Shown in pieces: positions 13,401-26,045 of a stretch of 64,000 nucleotides of DNA. The position numbers and the translations under genes are program-made. This DNA is from Botryllus schlosseri (taxonomy: Eukaryota): positions 9,238,001-9,302,000 of the forward strand of contig CM119383.1 in the NCBI GenBank assembly GCA_051294905.1, in the 5' to 3' direction. The notes under the pieces were generated by a model. It saw only the letters and a list, made by a program, of their open reading frames with translations, had not been told where the DNA came from and searched no databases. The number at the start of each line of letters is the position of its first letter. The first letter of the stretch is position 1.

Positions 13401-16400
13401 AATATAATATCTACAAACCCCAGTTGGATACAGATACAGTTCGTACTGGGTGATAATAGCAACAGTCTTGCAATGACTTATCACATTTCAGAGGGAAAAA
13501 GGACTGGGCACAAGAAAACTTTTGCATGGATTACAAGCAGCATTTCATCACAGGTAAAATAAGGAATCATCAAGTCAGCACTGAATCATGACATGGTAAA
13601 CTGACAAAATGTAGAGACTTCTTCTTCAGCATGATCTGACTGATCAATCTTCAAGTAATCAATCATTTTTTGATATAATATATAGCCTACAAGACAATGT
13701 TTAAGGATATGGACACCTGTAAAGGTCATTTGCCAACATCAAACACTTCTAAAGTCATTGATTAGCAGGTCTTTAATGAAAACGTAAGTGTTCCAATGCA
13801 TACTTGTCCCAAAGCAAATGCTCCGATTAGAACACCGAAGAAACAAGTCAGCATGTTTCCCACCGAGAGCTCCCCAGAGAACACCAGTTCACTGCCATAC
13901 CAAAAAGCAAGTCCGTATGTGCTGAAGAGGATGAACATAACGGCACCGATGCCCGATCCCGATATGACGCCCTTTCTAATGCCCGTCTCTCTGGCCGGTA
14001 TCAGATTCTCATTGTATCTGGGAAGTTGACGCCGTTGGTACGTGAATTTTTAGGAGCACCACAATTATTAACGGACTCGAATTGAAAGCTCCCGTATGAT
14101 TGGAAAATTAATCAGTTTGAAATTACCAAATACCAAATTATTGCATTTAGGTTTTGTATTCTGTTTCCTATCGACCATAGCGGTCAATTTTGAGAGATAT
14201 TTCACATCAGCAGAAAGAGAGAATTGTTTGTGAAATTGCCATTGCAACACTGGTTGATCAACCATGATCGATAATTAGGTTGAAGGAATCAATGGTGACG
14301 CATAAGACAGCCTATCTTTACATATTACTTATTGACATAAAGTTTATAGAATTGTTACATTTGTACTCTCAACTCAATGCCATGATATCCAATTTTAGAA
14401 TGAACCAACCTTTAAAATTCTCAGTGACATCATAATATACGTTGCTTGTCAATGATTTACTATCACGATTTCATGCCCTTACCATTGATGATGTAGGAGG
14501 TTAGTTCAACAACAGCTATTTGCACTAACGCTTTGGTGCCACAAGTCATTGTAAAATAGGACTACACAAAGAGTGTCCGTAGCTAGGATACCGGTAGCAT
14601 AAACCCATTATAGAATAATACTTGAAAGTAGATTGAACTGTGCCCATACTAATCTAACATATGTGAAATCAATTAACAAAGTGACCGTTTACATGTAAAT
14701 GACAGTGAACAATCCAAGTGGTACAAAATCAATTCATTGGCATGAAATTACATTGAAATTGTGTATAGAATGCATTCTGTACACAGCTGATCCAATATGC
14801 GTGTAATTACTGCAGTAATTAAGAACGAGGTCACAGCTTCAGAAATACAGCAAGATTAATTTACCTGTCCCAAAGAGAAGGCGCCAATTAGGACGCCAAA
14901 GAACGCAGTGAGAAGATTGCCAATGGTTATTTCCTCGGCTAACACCAGTGTGGATCCGTACCAGAAAGCCAGGCCGTAAGTCCCAAACATAATCAGAAAG
15001 AGGAATCCCAGCGATGCTCCCGTAACCACCCCTTTCTTGATACCAAGGCCACGCGCACCGGACAGATTCGAGCTATACCTATACCATGCAGGATTAGAAA
15101 ACCGTAAATCATGCAACAAATCGAATTACCGTGGCGAGCAAACAGCTCATGACAATTTAAATGGCGGCAGAGTTGAAATCGAAGGCTTCGTTGTTTTGAC
15201 GACTTCCAATTAACAAACGGGGAACACCATTTGGCACATTGCAAGGGTCAAAAAGGCACTTGTCCTGGTTGAGGTTACAATAGATTCAATGTGGACATGT
15301 GGTAAGTTTTTTCAAGGTAAAGTGAACATTACTCGAAACTGCACATCACATACTGCTGGTACAATTCAAATTCACCAACTGCAAATATTCTTATTCGACG
15401 TAATCCTCACGTTCTCACCAGCACAAATCTCTCTCTAGTAAATATTGTGTGAAATTGATTTTCTTCACACATATCATAGGAATGTGAGCGCAAATGAAAG
15501 TCCATGGCGAAACCGAAATGATTCAACTCTGCAGTCCAGTCAATGCCAAAGTACAGTGATAATTGAGTCGCAATAAATTGGAACAAAATTAACAGCAATG
15601 TAAAATTATTGAACAACAAGTAAGCTGATGATTCAATCACAAAATCACCTTTCACATTCCTTCATCTCTCCACCAAAGGCCACAACCGTCCTTATGGAGG
15701 AAAGTACTTCCTCGGCCACGCCGCCGGCCTTGGCATACGCATCCAATTCCCTTTTCGTGAATGCCGTAGTGATCTGGAAATTGAAAATATCACGCTTGCA
15801 GGTGACAACCAATACACACGAGCAAGAAAACAAAATATACCTTGAACAACATGGCTGCCGATATCCCTAACAGCGGAGACACGGCCATGATAACCAAAGC
15901 TAATTTCCAACTGTACACAAATCCGATGACCAGACCAGCTAGGGCCCGCGCTACCATCTGTATTGAAATCGATACCTTATCGCTGATGCCATCTTGTATC
16001 TTTTGCACGTCGCTGTAAAGATGGGAAGACATAGAAACACACACATGCGCTAATTGCAGAATTCACTCACTCCGCAAGTCTCGTGTTCAATTCCCCGGAA
16101 GAGTTCAAATCAAAGAACCCGATATTTTGACGCAGAATGCTCCGGAAGAAACTTACCCTGATTTGACGCACTTGGCGGACGGCTTGCAGCATCCAACAGT
16201 AAACCTGGATCGTGACACGTTATACTTGAAATTTGAAACAAAAGAAAGATTCGAAACAAAAAACAGTTTCGATTGACACACCACAAAAGCTACTATGTAA
16301 CATGCATTCATGCAGCTGTCAAATCACTTGAACCATAATGGTCATGCAGGAAAATGCAGAATGTGGAAACTTTCGTTGAGAATTGTTCAGTGTTCAACGC

Positions 16401-19400
16401 TTCAGATCTCGTCCACCTTCACCATCGGCGTGAAGAAGATTTTCAAATACCAAACGTGACGAATCTCTACTTCAAAAATTATATTCCAAAGAACATGGTC
16501 ACAATCACCAATTACCGGTACATAATTTTTCATCGCATATTAAAATAAAGATACTGAAAAATCGTGGGCACACCAAACCATTAATATTGCAATTAAATAG
16601 TAGGCCTAATTCATTTTTAATTTGGTTCCCATCCATTATCATGACTCGCCTCGAAATACCATTTTGATTACACAAGTCAATTGCGATGAATGATGCCAGT
16701 ATGCCGTACTGCAACTATCCACTGGTTACACTGATTCTCACAATCACATCACAATGTTCAACCAAATTGAATCTATTGATGCTGCGATATTGAAAATGAG
16801 GAGAATTGATGGGTCAACATATTTTCTACAAATTATATACAATCATTTTTGAATTGTGAATTGCATTGTCAATTACAGTTTTGAAGATATCTTTATGGTT
16901 CTCGGCCCACCTGAGTGCTGGCGCACACTATAATAATCAGTGCCAGGTAAACATAGTACAGTGAGTATGTTGCCATTTCACTATTGAGGTCTGATTCACT
17001 CAGCATATCCGTGAAATTCCTGAAGTAAAGCAAAGATATTTAGAACAAGAAAAACATTAAGGCAAAAGGTATAGACAAGAAGGGTGAAGGCCAGGAAAAA
17101 ATAGGTGGAAGAAATGACCACAACAAAATGTTAGTATGCTACATGCTTGTAATAAGAACTCTGCGTATCATATACATTGGCTCTATCGCTTGCTATTTTG
17201 CAATGCCAAACCGTCTCGTAGATATACTGCAAAATTTGATAGTTGTGTACAGAATGTTGTAAGATAGTTACGATAACAATCACGTTTCAGGTACATATGA
17301 AAAAGCTGGTTACTGGGTTTTTTCAAGTAGATCTAATACAGGACGGCCTGCTCATTCGTAGATTTAGATGACAATTCTTTTCCATTAACTGTGTAAATAG
17401 ATACGAAGTAACTTACTTAACAATAAACGCATGCTATATTTATCCAACATATAGATAACTTTTAACCTGCTACGAAGAATTTCAAAGTTTTCCATTCAGT
17501 CTATATTAATTTCAAATTATCCCCACCCCAACAAGATCGATTTGCATTACAAAATTGTTAGGCTACCTACGAATTTTACTTGTCACTTGTGTTATAGTTT
17601 ATAAGCAAATAGCAGACATGCGAGAGTTGAACGCTTCACGTACAGTCATACACCCAAGGTGTATACAAGCAAAGAGATGTAATCTTAAAGATACCCAAGA
17701 AACGCCACAATCGGCATATACATGATACTTCAATGCATGCATGAGTTATCATTCGCGCAGCTCCCACTAAAGTATACCTGCACTGCCCCAGTTATCCACA
17801 CTGCTACCCCGATGATGGTAAAATATATTGCGAAATCGGACATATCATTAGTATATCCAGCAATTAAGGCATCTTTCCTTTGGTTAAATGCCCTGAACAA
17901 ATGTAATTCATATGTTCACGTAATTCAATGAGAGCTAATTCAACTAACACCCGTAGGCGCAGTGTGCCCATTTTTAAAACGTCATGATAGAAAATAGTGT
18001 TTACCACTCATCTGAAAACACCCAGAGTGGTGTCAGATACCAGTATACAACGGAGATAAAACAAATATCACCATCTACTGTCCTATATCTATTCTCCCGT
18101 GTGTAGAGATCGTGTTCGTAAAAATGGCTAATTTCCGGCCTATACTGTCATCTCACAAAATTGACGATTGCATATAAAACATCAAATCACATAGTATGGG
18201 GTATAGTATTGTTCTCAGCCAGAAAAAAGCGTTGAGAGTGGGTGAAAAAATTTAAAAATATGAATTTTCTACTCTTCAGAACTGTTCATTGTTCAACCAT
18301 CAACTTCAACATTTTCGTGGAATTTTCAGAACTACGATCTGGCTTTAAATCAGTGGTTCTCAAACTCATTTCGACACGCCCCCTCGATGATAGTGACAAA
18401 TTTCGCGCCCCCCTCATCGTCACATCAAAAAATATTTAAAAGACCAATAAGAATGTCTGCATGGAAGGCATGATGACTGTTAAGACACTTGTCAAATATG
18501 GAGTTTGGACCATGCACAGAAAAATAATTATGAGCTGCAGGCAAATTGCGCAACGCGCGGAAAATTTCCAGTTGTAAAATTTGTCAAACATAATCATGTG
18601 CATTGGTAGCACTTAGAACATGGATATTTTAGCAATTTTGGTGCCTAATTCCTCCTGTTAGCCCTTTGAGATTAGCTCAAACATACCTGACCATGAGCTA
18701 AATCAAACCCATGGCACAGATACACCCATTCACCAGTTCGGCTACAATTCCTTCAGGGACATCTTCTGATTAGTTCCAGGTTCGGTATCGGTCAAAATAT
18801 GGCATCAGTCTGTTATTGGTACGACGCAATTAGGATATTTAAAATCGAATTATAATCAGGATAATTGCTTTCACGCCACCAAGCGGGAGCTCGCCACCAA
18901 GGGGGAGCTCGCCCCCCCCCCCCCCCAGTTTGAGAACCACTGCTCTGTAAAGAACCTACATTCATTCAGAAATCTAGTTCCGCACCACAAATCATGATAA
19001 AATGATCACTTGAAAGAACTCACTGCTCGGTAGTGGTATTGGGAATGACGTTCATGTTGATACATTGCGTGTAGTTGAAATTACATTGTTGAAATGATCC
19101 ATAACCGACGAAACTGTCAGTCATATCGCCGAAGAAAATGAACATCACAGGCAGCGACGCACCATGAATGATGGCGCTGATTGTACCCACAAGTATCAAC
19201 AGGTAATCCTGCCCGGTTGCAAAGCGAAACTGAAAAACAAGATGGAGTTGTGGCAAAGTATGGGCTAGTCTACGGCTGCGCAAATGTGCTACAGTCTTCA
19301 TACAAATTTCTAACAGTGACCCAATCTCTACCGCAAACGCTGATGAGATATTTCCAGACATCTTTTTTGTAGGGTAGGCTACAATATGTTAGGATCTATA

Positions 19401-19618
19401 CAATAGATTACGGTCAGGCCAGCTACCGATTTCGGATTTTAGATTGTTGGAGCAAAATAAAAGACCGAAAATTCACGAGAAAGACCAGACAAAACGCATA
19501 CCAAATTGCTCATGACAGAAATAAGTAAACATTGCTACTTACAATTCCCGAGTATGAAACCTCAGGAATGTCTTCAAGCTTTCCTTCAACTTGCGTCTCA
19601 TGTCCTTCTCCTGATTTT
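1405..19618 (-). CDS. ABCB1: Full-length ABCB/P-glycoprotein (MDR) transporter, copy 1, multi-exon; 5' start exon unresolved
   Basis: GT-AG exons mapped by hand with consistent phases: 19618-19543, 19229-19024, 17892-17778, 16204-16071, 16012-15841, 15773-15649, [15078-14865 OR 14017-13804], 13154-12972, 12897-12781, 10814-10602, 10539-10359, 9065-8889, 8787-8752, 7071-6892, 6828-6650, 6249-6039, 5609-5494, 5307-5168, 5106-4966, 4315-4159, 3436-3239, 2601-2395, 2190-2044, 1614-1405 (stop). Sum is 3835 nt, about 1277 aa. Two TMDs and two NBDs: Walker [10 protein letters not shown] twice, signatures MSGGQ and LSGGQ, Walker [11 protein letters not shown] twice, H-loop IAHRLST twice. The symbol is family-level; orthology among ABCB1/4/5/11 is not resolved. 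Confidence 0.95.
7615..8033. mobile_element. hAT-like MITE, cagtggttc family, in an ABCB intron; 3' end deleted in copy 2 (about 57165-57480)
   Basis: Termini agtggttcccaacc ... gctgggaaccactg; degenerate TSD gcctaggt/gcctagga. Confidence 0.8.
8752..8787 (-). CDS. ABCB1: 36-nt linker microexon of ABCB copy 1 ([12 protein letters not shown])
   Basis: ttatttag|GTCCT...GCTG|gtgag, phase 1-1. Conserved at 57976-58011 in copy 2. Confidence 0.8.
9436..9806. mobile_element. hAT-like MITE with gactcgagtc subterminal repeats, copy-1-specific
   Basis: TIR cagggttgtaa ... ttgcaaccatg, TSD cataatac/cataacac. Absent at the matching site of copy 2 (about 58620-58670). A relative lies at 35420-36049. Confidence 0.82.
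13804..14017 (-). CDS. ABCB1: ABCB copy 1 alternative TM5-TM6 exon B (214 nt)
   Basis: Acceptor cttcccag|A TAC AAT, donor GGA CAA|gtatgc, phase 2 to 0. Encodes (R)[71 protein letters not shown]. Confidence 0.92.
14865..15078 (-). CDS. ABCB1: ABCB copy 1 alternative TM5-TM6 exon A (214 nt)
   Basis: Acceptor ggtatag|G TAT AGC, donor GGA CAG|gtaaat, phase 2 to 0. Encodes (R)[71 protein letters not shown]. Confidence 0.92.
18351..18941. mobile_element. hAT-like MITE, cagtggttc family, in an ABCB intron
   Basis: TIR cagtggttctcaaact ... agtttgagaaccactg. Confidence 0.8.
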
Positions 19619-21164
19619 CTGAATTAGATTCAAAGATCAGCAAATAGCATACCGTACATCAGAACTTTTACTCGTAGGCCTACCAGAAGTATTTCGGCAA
19701 GTACCATGGTACCGTATGACTGGAGGTGGAGAGTCACTGCCGTAAAATAATTTGACTTGACATACGGTATGAAATATACGGCGATAGGCCGTATTATCAT
19801 TACAACCATAGGCTACATAAATTGATTGTGCGGATTTTGTGAAACTGTGTATCACGCATGTCTGAATCCGTCTTGAGATATAATAGAGATTGCAATTAGG
19901 ATTTATTGAGTACAAGTATGCGCTATTTATTGTTCAGAATAACAACATAGGCTACTTCGTGCGATGTCATGAATTTGAGTCTACAATAAAAGTTCAAGTT
20001 TGCATCGATTTTGAAGATAGATTTCAGTCATAAATGTTGCACATACTAGTACGACTAATATCGTCCTTCAATTGAAAAGTTTGAAATTACTTGACTCTAA
20101 TTAAAATTGCCAGTGACTCTTGATGATATGTGACCCCGAAGGTAATAAATTGATCCCAACATTGAGTTGAACTATCAAAACTAACTGGACTTTGAAAACA
20201 TATCAGTGAAAGAAAAAGGGGGTATGACAAGGTTTCTGCTTTGTGCCGCCCGCCCCTTTGACACACCTCCTTAACGCCTTAGCTCGGAAATCACACCTTT
20301 TCCTAATAAGTGTGGCATATTCGTAAGCCCCAAACCTAACCCGAGTCAGTGACGTGAATCAATCGAGCCTTGTGGGTAGCCTAACATGGAGGGTCAATGG
20401 TCTTCTGGAGTGGAGTTGGTGGCATCGACGTGCAATGTTCCATTTTAATATCAATATTTACTGCGAGAAACCCTTCTGTCACGAAAATCTATTGTCAAAA
20501 ACAATCATTGTTCCCAGTCTGGCTGTCTGGGTAGTCATGGGCGGCGTGTGTATCGAATGAGTGCCAGATTTTTTTATAAACCTGTAACTCTGCATGAAAA
20601 ATCAAGGTGTAGACCATAACTATAGATTCTATATGATATTTGAAGTTGCTACCATCACAATGGACAGTAGAGTCACTATAATCTGGGGTACATTTGAGAA
20701 TAGTTAAATAAAGAATAGAGAGAAAAGCTATCCTATAGATGGATTATAAAATATAGGTCAAGGTAAATTCATACCATACTTTAGAACAATTTCATATTGT
20801 AGGCTAGGAGTAAGCAAACTCGCAAGAAACAAACTTACTGACCAGTCGTAGTTATATTTGTCACTTAAATATCTACATTGCTACTGTTTCACTTATAAGT
20901 CCGCACAGTGCACATGCACATACAATGAGAAAGAATTTTTCACCTGGAATGCTTAGGCCTATAGATTACTTGGACAGAGTCTTCCTCCAAAAACTGTTTA
21001 GTTTCTAAAACTTCCGATTCGTCCGGTGGCATTGCGCAGTCGAAGTCGCGTTGTTTAAAACACTAACAAAGTTATACTTCAAAATGATACAAGTTTGAAA
21101 AGAAGGCAATGGTGACATTTTTCATCAGAAGTTAATTCCTTCACAACTTAAATATACTGAACGA

Positions 21165-21320
21165 AATACCACATCAGAAGCTAATTCCTGTGTGCGCTTT
21201 CTACTCAAGCACACCATGCGCAGTGCGTCTTATTTCTAGCGCCGCAGAACCACTCTTGGCTCTTTTCCCATTGACAAATAGGAGCTGATCGGTCTGCGAT
21301 CGATACTCGCGCTCAACGGT
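21165..21320. repeat. About 150-bp repeat duplicated at 23715-23855, both next to short cagtggtt-type MITEs
   Basis: Shared accacatcagaagctaattcctg...ttgacaaat..gagctga..ggtc.gcgatcgatactcg. Confidence 0.7.
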
Positions 21321-22979
21321 TGAAAATCGATATAATACTAGAGTAGTGGTCCTCAACCTTTTCGACCCCGCGGAACCCTCTGAGAATGAAAAAAATAGCT
21401 CCCAGTATGCGGCCCCATAGCACAGTGGTTCCCAACCTATATTGCTTACGGCACCCTGCAAACTACCAGGAGAGTTGGCAGATTTCACAGCCATACTTAG
21501 TGGTCCCAGTGCTTCTACCTTTTCGGAGCACTTAACTAGGCTAAGCTATCTAGCCTGCTTGAACTACGTAGCCAAGTGGTTACGTTTTTAGACAACTTCC
21601 AGTTCCAGTTTTTCAGCCAAAACTACTTGCTTTTTATAGTTCGGATTCGGAAAAGTATATTGTAGTTTGGGGATAAGATTGATCACTTTTACGAGTGAAA
21701 TTATCTGTAAGAACTGTTGAAAATGATAATTTTATAATGCTTGAGACATTGTTAGACTGTTGTGAATAATGTTCGCTGTACTAGTGTTAGAAGTGTTTAG
21801 GAATATTGATTGTGTTGTGTCGTCATAATGCCGCGTAGAATCTCTGGCCAGTGTGCTTACCTCGTGGAAAAAGTTTTAAGAAAGTTCGAGACGTCGCTCG
21901 CTGTTTTGAACAGGTACGCTGTAAAATACTCTGCTGTGTGTTGGACTGGTGTTTGAATAAGAATCTCAAGCCGCAGGTAGATCGGAGAAGGTTCCTAGTT
22001 TTTCATCAAGAACCGCGTGAAATAACCTCTCTATCACGGACGGTAACTGAACAGATTTTCGAAGATTGTATCTATTTGTAGTGTCATTAATAAGCCATAT
22101 GTGTTAGTCATGGAGATGCACTCAGCAGACCCTAAAGTGGCCACCTTAGATTACCTTTCAGAGGTATATGACCCCTCGACTAAATCTACTTTTTGAAATT
22201 ACTAACTCAAGTACTTCTCACCCCTTTTGTTTTCTACTTCAACTTGAAGTAGTTTAGACTGTTCTTCGACTTCGCTAATTATACTTTTAATTGACTAGGA
22301 ATATTCGACGGTAACATAACGTTGCGCTACAATCCTACATTTCACGACAACATGCACATTTCTGGTTCGTGATTAGGAAGACAGCGAGGATTTGAAAACT
22401 GCGCATTCTCATTCGACGTATCGTGCGACATTAATTAAGTCTTCAAGGCATGCGATCTGGGATATCTAAAACTCCCTGTGTTGATTCCTGGCATGCGATA
22501 TGTCGGGGATTGATTGCGGGCATGGTAGCAATTTTCATTTAGCGAATATACAAACTTCACATCGCGCCCGGACCAGTGGATTCAAATCTCGATTTTAAAG
22601 ACCGCGACTCGCGACCCAAGCCCCGCAAATTGAAATGAATTCATTTCTAATGTTGGTATGCTCTGTTTTTAAGGGCCTTATGAAATAGAGAAAGTGCAGT
22701 CAACCAATTATAGGCTACACAACGCAGTGCTATGACACGTGATTCATTGCAATAAAGTCATTGATTCGGCAAGGTTGATGTCACATGAACTTTATCCTTC
22801 ATAAAATTATTATGCACGGCTCTTTTATATTGGGCTATATATGCGTAGAGTTCCAACATTCTTCCATTCCCCATTACATGGGGACCCCCTGCTCAGGGAC
22901 CCCTGCCTCATTAAAATTGACGATCAAATTTTTGAAATCAAGCACTGAAGCACATTTCTATACAAATACATGATTCACA

Positions 22980-23000
22980 AACACACACACACACACACAC
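22980..23000 (+). repeat. (AC)n microsatellite
   Basis: Run of about 10 AC units. Confidence 0.9.
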
Positions 23001-26000
23001 GATCTTTCCGTAGTGAATTGAGTCCCATATCACGCGATTCACGAACGAGCCGAAATAGGTAGGTCAGATCGAACTACGAACCTGATCGGCTACTTATTTA
23101 TTTGTTTCCATTGGCTTAATACACACGCACCAAAATCGCGAGCCTATTGCTATGCTATCAAAAATCAATAGGCATGGGTTCTCTAGACGCGAGCAGAACG
23201 AAATTTTCATGAATGAATTATGTCAATAACATATGTTTTTGCTTAAATTACGATTATTATTTTAGTGCTCTCTCAGCCCACATGGATAGATATAGCAGTG
23301 AAGCTGATGAAGATATGGTGCCTTCGAAAATTTTTTGCTCGTAATTATACATCCTGATGGAGTGATGTTTAGCGTAACCACTTTTCTGCTCACGTCGCTT
23401 ATTGACATAGTAGTAGTGTAGTACCTAACACTGCGCACTTGTATAATTAAAAATCCCCCACACGAGATCGCACGATGCGCGAAGAAATTTTCTTGTTGCA
23501 AAAATTCAGCAAATATCAAATATATATTAAACGATCGCTCTGGTGCAGTCGCGACCCAAATTTAGACCCTGTGCGACCAATACTTTAAGAACCCCTGCTA
23601 TAGAGAGTAATTTCAAATTTTCTAAGAATTCTTTTGCGGCACCCTTGCGAAATGTAAATGGCGCAATAGGCTGCCGCGGCACCACGGTTGAGAACCACTA
23701 TACCAGAACGAAGCACCACATCAGAAGCTAATTCCTGGATGCATTTTCTACACAAGCACACAGTACGTGGTGCGTTTTGTCGCTAGCATCGCAGAATCGC
23801 TCTATTCCCGTTGACAAATTAGAGCTGACAGGTCGGCGATCGATACTCGTGCGATAGGCCTACGAATATAAATCGATGCACCGCTCATGTGTTAGGCCTA
23901 CTAGACTGAAACGACTGCATTTACGCGCCTTCACCATTTCAACATATTTAGCGATAGAAAGTCAAATTAGCGAACGCCGAACGCTGATCAACAGCAGTGA
24001 AATATCATAACAAGATTTTGTGATTTTAACTGAAATAGCATATTTATGTATGACGATAAACGAAAGATGAGCAAGCACTTATTCTGCAATGACTGGCGCG
24101 CATGATTTAATTGTTGCATGTAAATGTTACAATGAAACCGGACGCGTGACGTAATGATGTTTCTATCATTAATTAAACGTGAACAATCGCTGCAAAGCAC
24201 GCGTTTCCGTCTGCCGTGCCTCGCATCATCAGAAATCTAAAAAAGTGACTGATTGCGAGCACAATAACTCCGCCACCCTCAGTCATTCTTATTAATGGTT
24301 CAATAAATGGCGCATTAACAGTTGTTTATATGGTGTATCAGTTTCATGTCTATAGTATGTAATATAATATTCATAACGTAATTCAAAATATAGGCTACAT
24401 TATAACAGCGAGAAGGCTTGGAAATGGCAATGTACACTTGAGCACAGCTGGAGTAAATATCTTGCACGTCGTGTTTAAAAGAATGAAGTGTTTTTTTGAT
24501 CCAGACAGGATCGACGAGGAAAATCCCATTGGTACATGCAATATACAATAGAATATATGTATTAAAATATATATCAGTGTCGACATGTTCAATACGATTG
24601 CGGTCCCTAGCGATCGACGAGTTCGAACCATCACTATCCTCACAAGTATCTTTTTTAGTCAGTCTATCATAACAGGCAAAGTTGCCAGACGCAATACTCT
24701 CGGCGCTACGCATCACCATAGTTGTAATGCACACAATAAGAGAGCAAATGCGTACGCATGCCCCAATTTCGAATTCAGATACTGTCTTACGGGTTTGTGT
24801 GGGAGCCTATTTAGCGTTGATATCACATACATTCCGGTACACGGTACTAAGAATTGACAGTGTGCAATTAGATGACGTCGTGCATTCGTCCTGGCGAATA
24901 GTGATATGGCGGCCTGGCGGGTCTCGGCAGAATTATATACGGTAGTTCATTAATGAACAATAATAATTATTGAAAGCAAACCACTCCGCCGGGAGAAGGT
25001 TGGAGTGGAGTCCATTGCTATCGGGCACTATTTGGAAAATTTTTGATCAGGGCATTGATATCATGAAAGGTGCATTAATCAATTCCAAGCAACAATTATT
25101 TTTATAGTTACATTTATTTCGCCCGTTTCAACAACTGATCAATATAGTATACGGGATATTTGACGGTAAAGTTTCATTGGAACGTGAAGGCATTCAGCAT
25201 CGCCAATATTCGCCCACATCATTAGTTAATCTCTATAACGAATGTATAACATGTCGCAAAGCGGAAGAAGAATGATGAATATTGATGCGTGATCACTAGA
25301 TTGCCGCGTTGCAGTTTTTGTTGAGAGATTTGTCGCATACAGTCGAATAAAATAAATGATCATGAAATCTCTCACCAGAAAAGCCCGAACAGGCCGATTA
25401 CCGATGCGTTGCAATCGGTGCGAAGGTAAGTTACATCTGAATTAGGTAACAATTCCATACGAACTTACTTCCCATTGTTGGCGCTAAATCCAGTTACCTC
25501 TTCGTACATTGATGGCGGGGTTCTGTCCCCATTCAAAGGCTTGACACCAACGACTTCAACTTTGATGCCGTCGTCATGTTCGCGATACTTGTCCATAGCG
25601 AACTAACACCTAATTTAGGTTTGTTTGTTTCGCTATTTGTTTACCTAGGCTAAAATTATGATCTGAACAGCGTTAGAAAGAGTAGCGTTGTTTTCATCAA
25701 AAGCAACGTTAATTTCTGCTGCACACAAGTTGCGGTTGTATGTGTTCAACAGTGCTAGTAACATACCCTTCCAATATCTTTCACTTTATACCGTATTGGC
25801 AAGGTTGGCCGCGACCATACAAGTTGCTTCCCTAATGCAACAGTTGTCCTTAACCGGCGGGCCATGGCCATGGTTCATTTTGGGTTGCTAGGCACAGAGT
25901 AATTTTGAAAGATATGTAGATCCTGAAAAGTTTAATTCTGCCTTATTATTCCAGAACAATACACAGATATTCATAGCATCATAACTAGGGTTGCATTTAA

Positions 26001-26045
26001 AACAAACGGTGTTTTGAAACACTTTGTTTAAAACATGTTTTAAAC

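Larger units (their letters stand above)
1..15620. repeat. Segmental/tandem duplication, copy 1 portion (matches 49512-64000)
   Basis: Colinear direct match of exons and introns. Position 1 corresponds to 49512, and the offset shrinks to about 48.38 kb because of copy-specific indels. Confidence 0.97.

Noticed and set aside
13804-15078. Interpretation that the gene encodes an extra TM hairpin (both exons included)
   Set aside because: Exon A ends in phase 0 while exon B needs phase 2, so joint inclusion frameshifts.
14018-15250. Dscam-style docking/selector complementarity controlling exon choice
   Set aside because: Only 6-7-nt matches were found by eye (for example around acttcc), which is not above chance. 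A computational search is needed.
21826-22081. Possible THAP-domain remnant (MPRR..., FHQEP)
   Set aside because: The motifs fall in different frames and the C2CH ligands are not recoverable; too weak to call.
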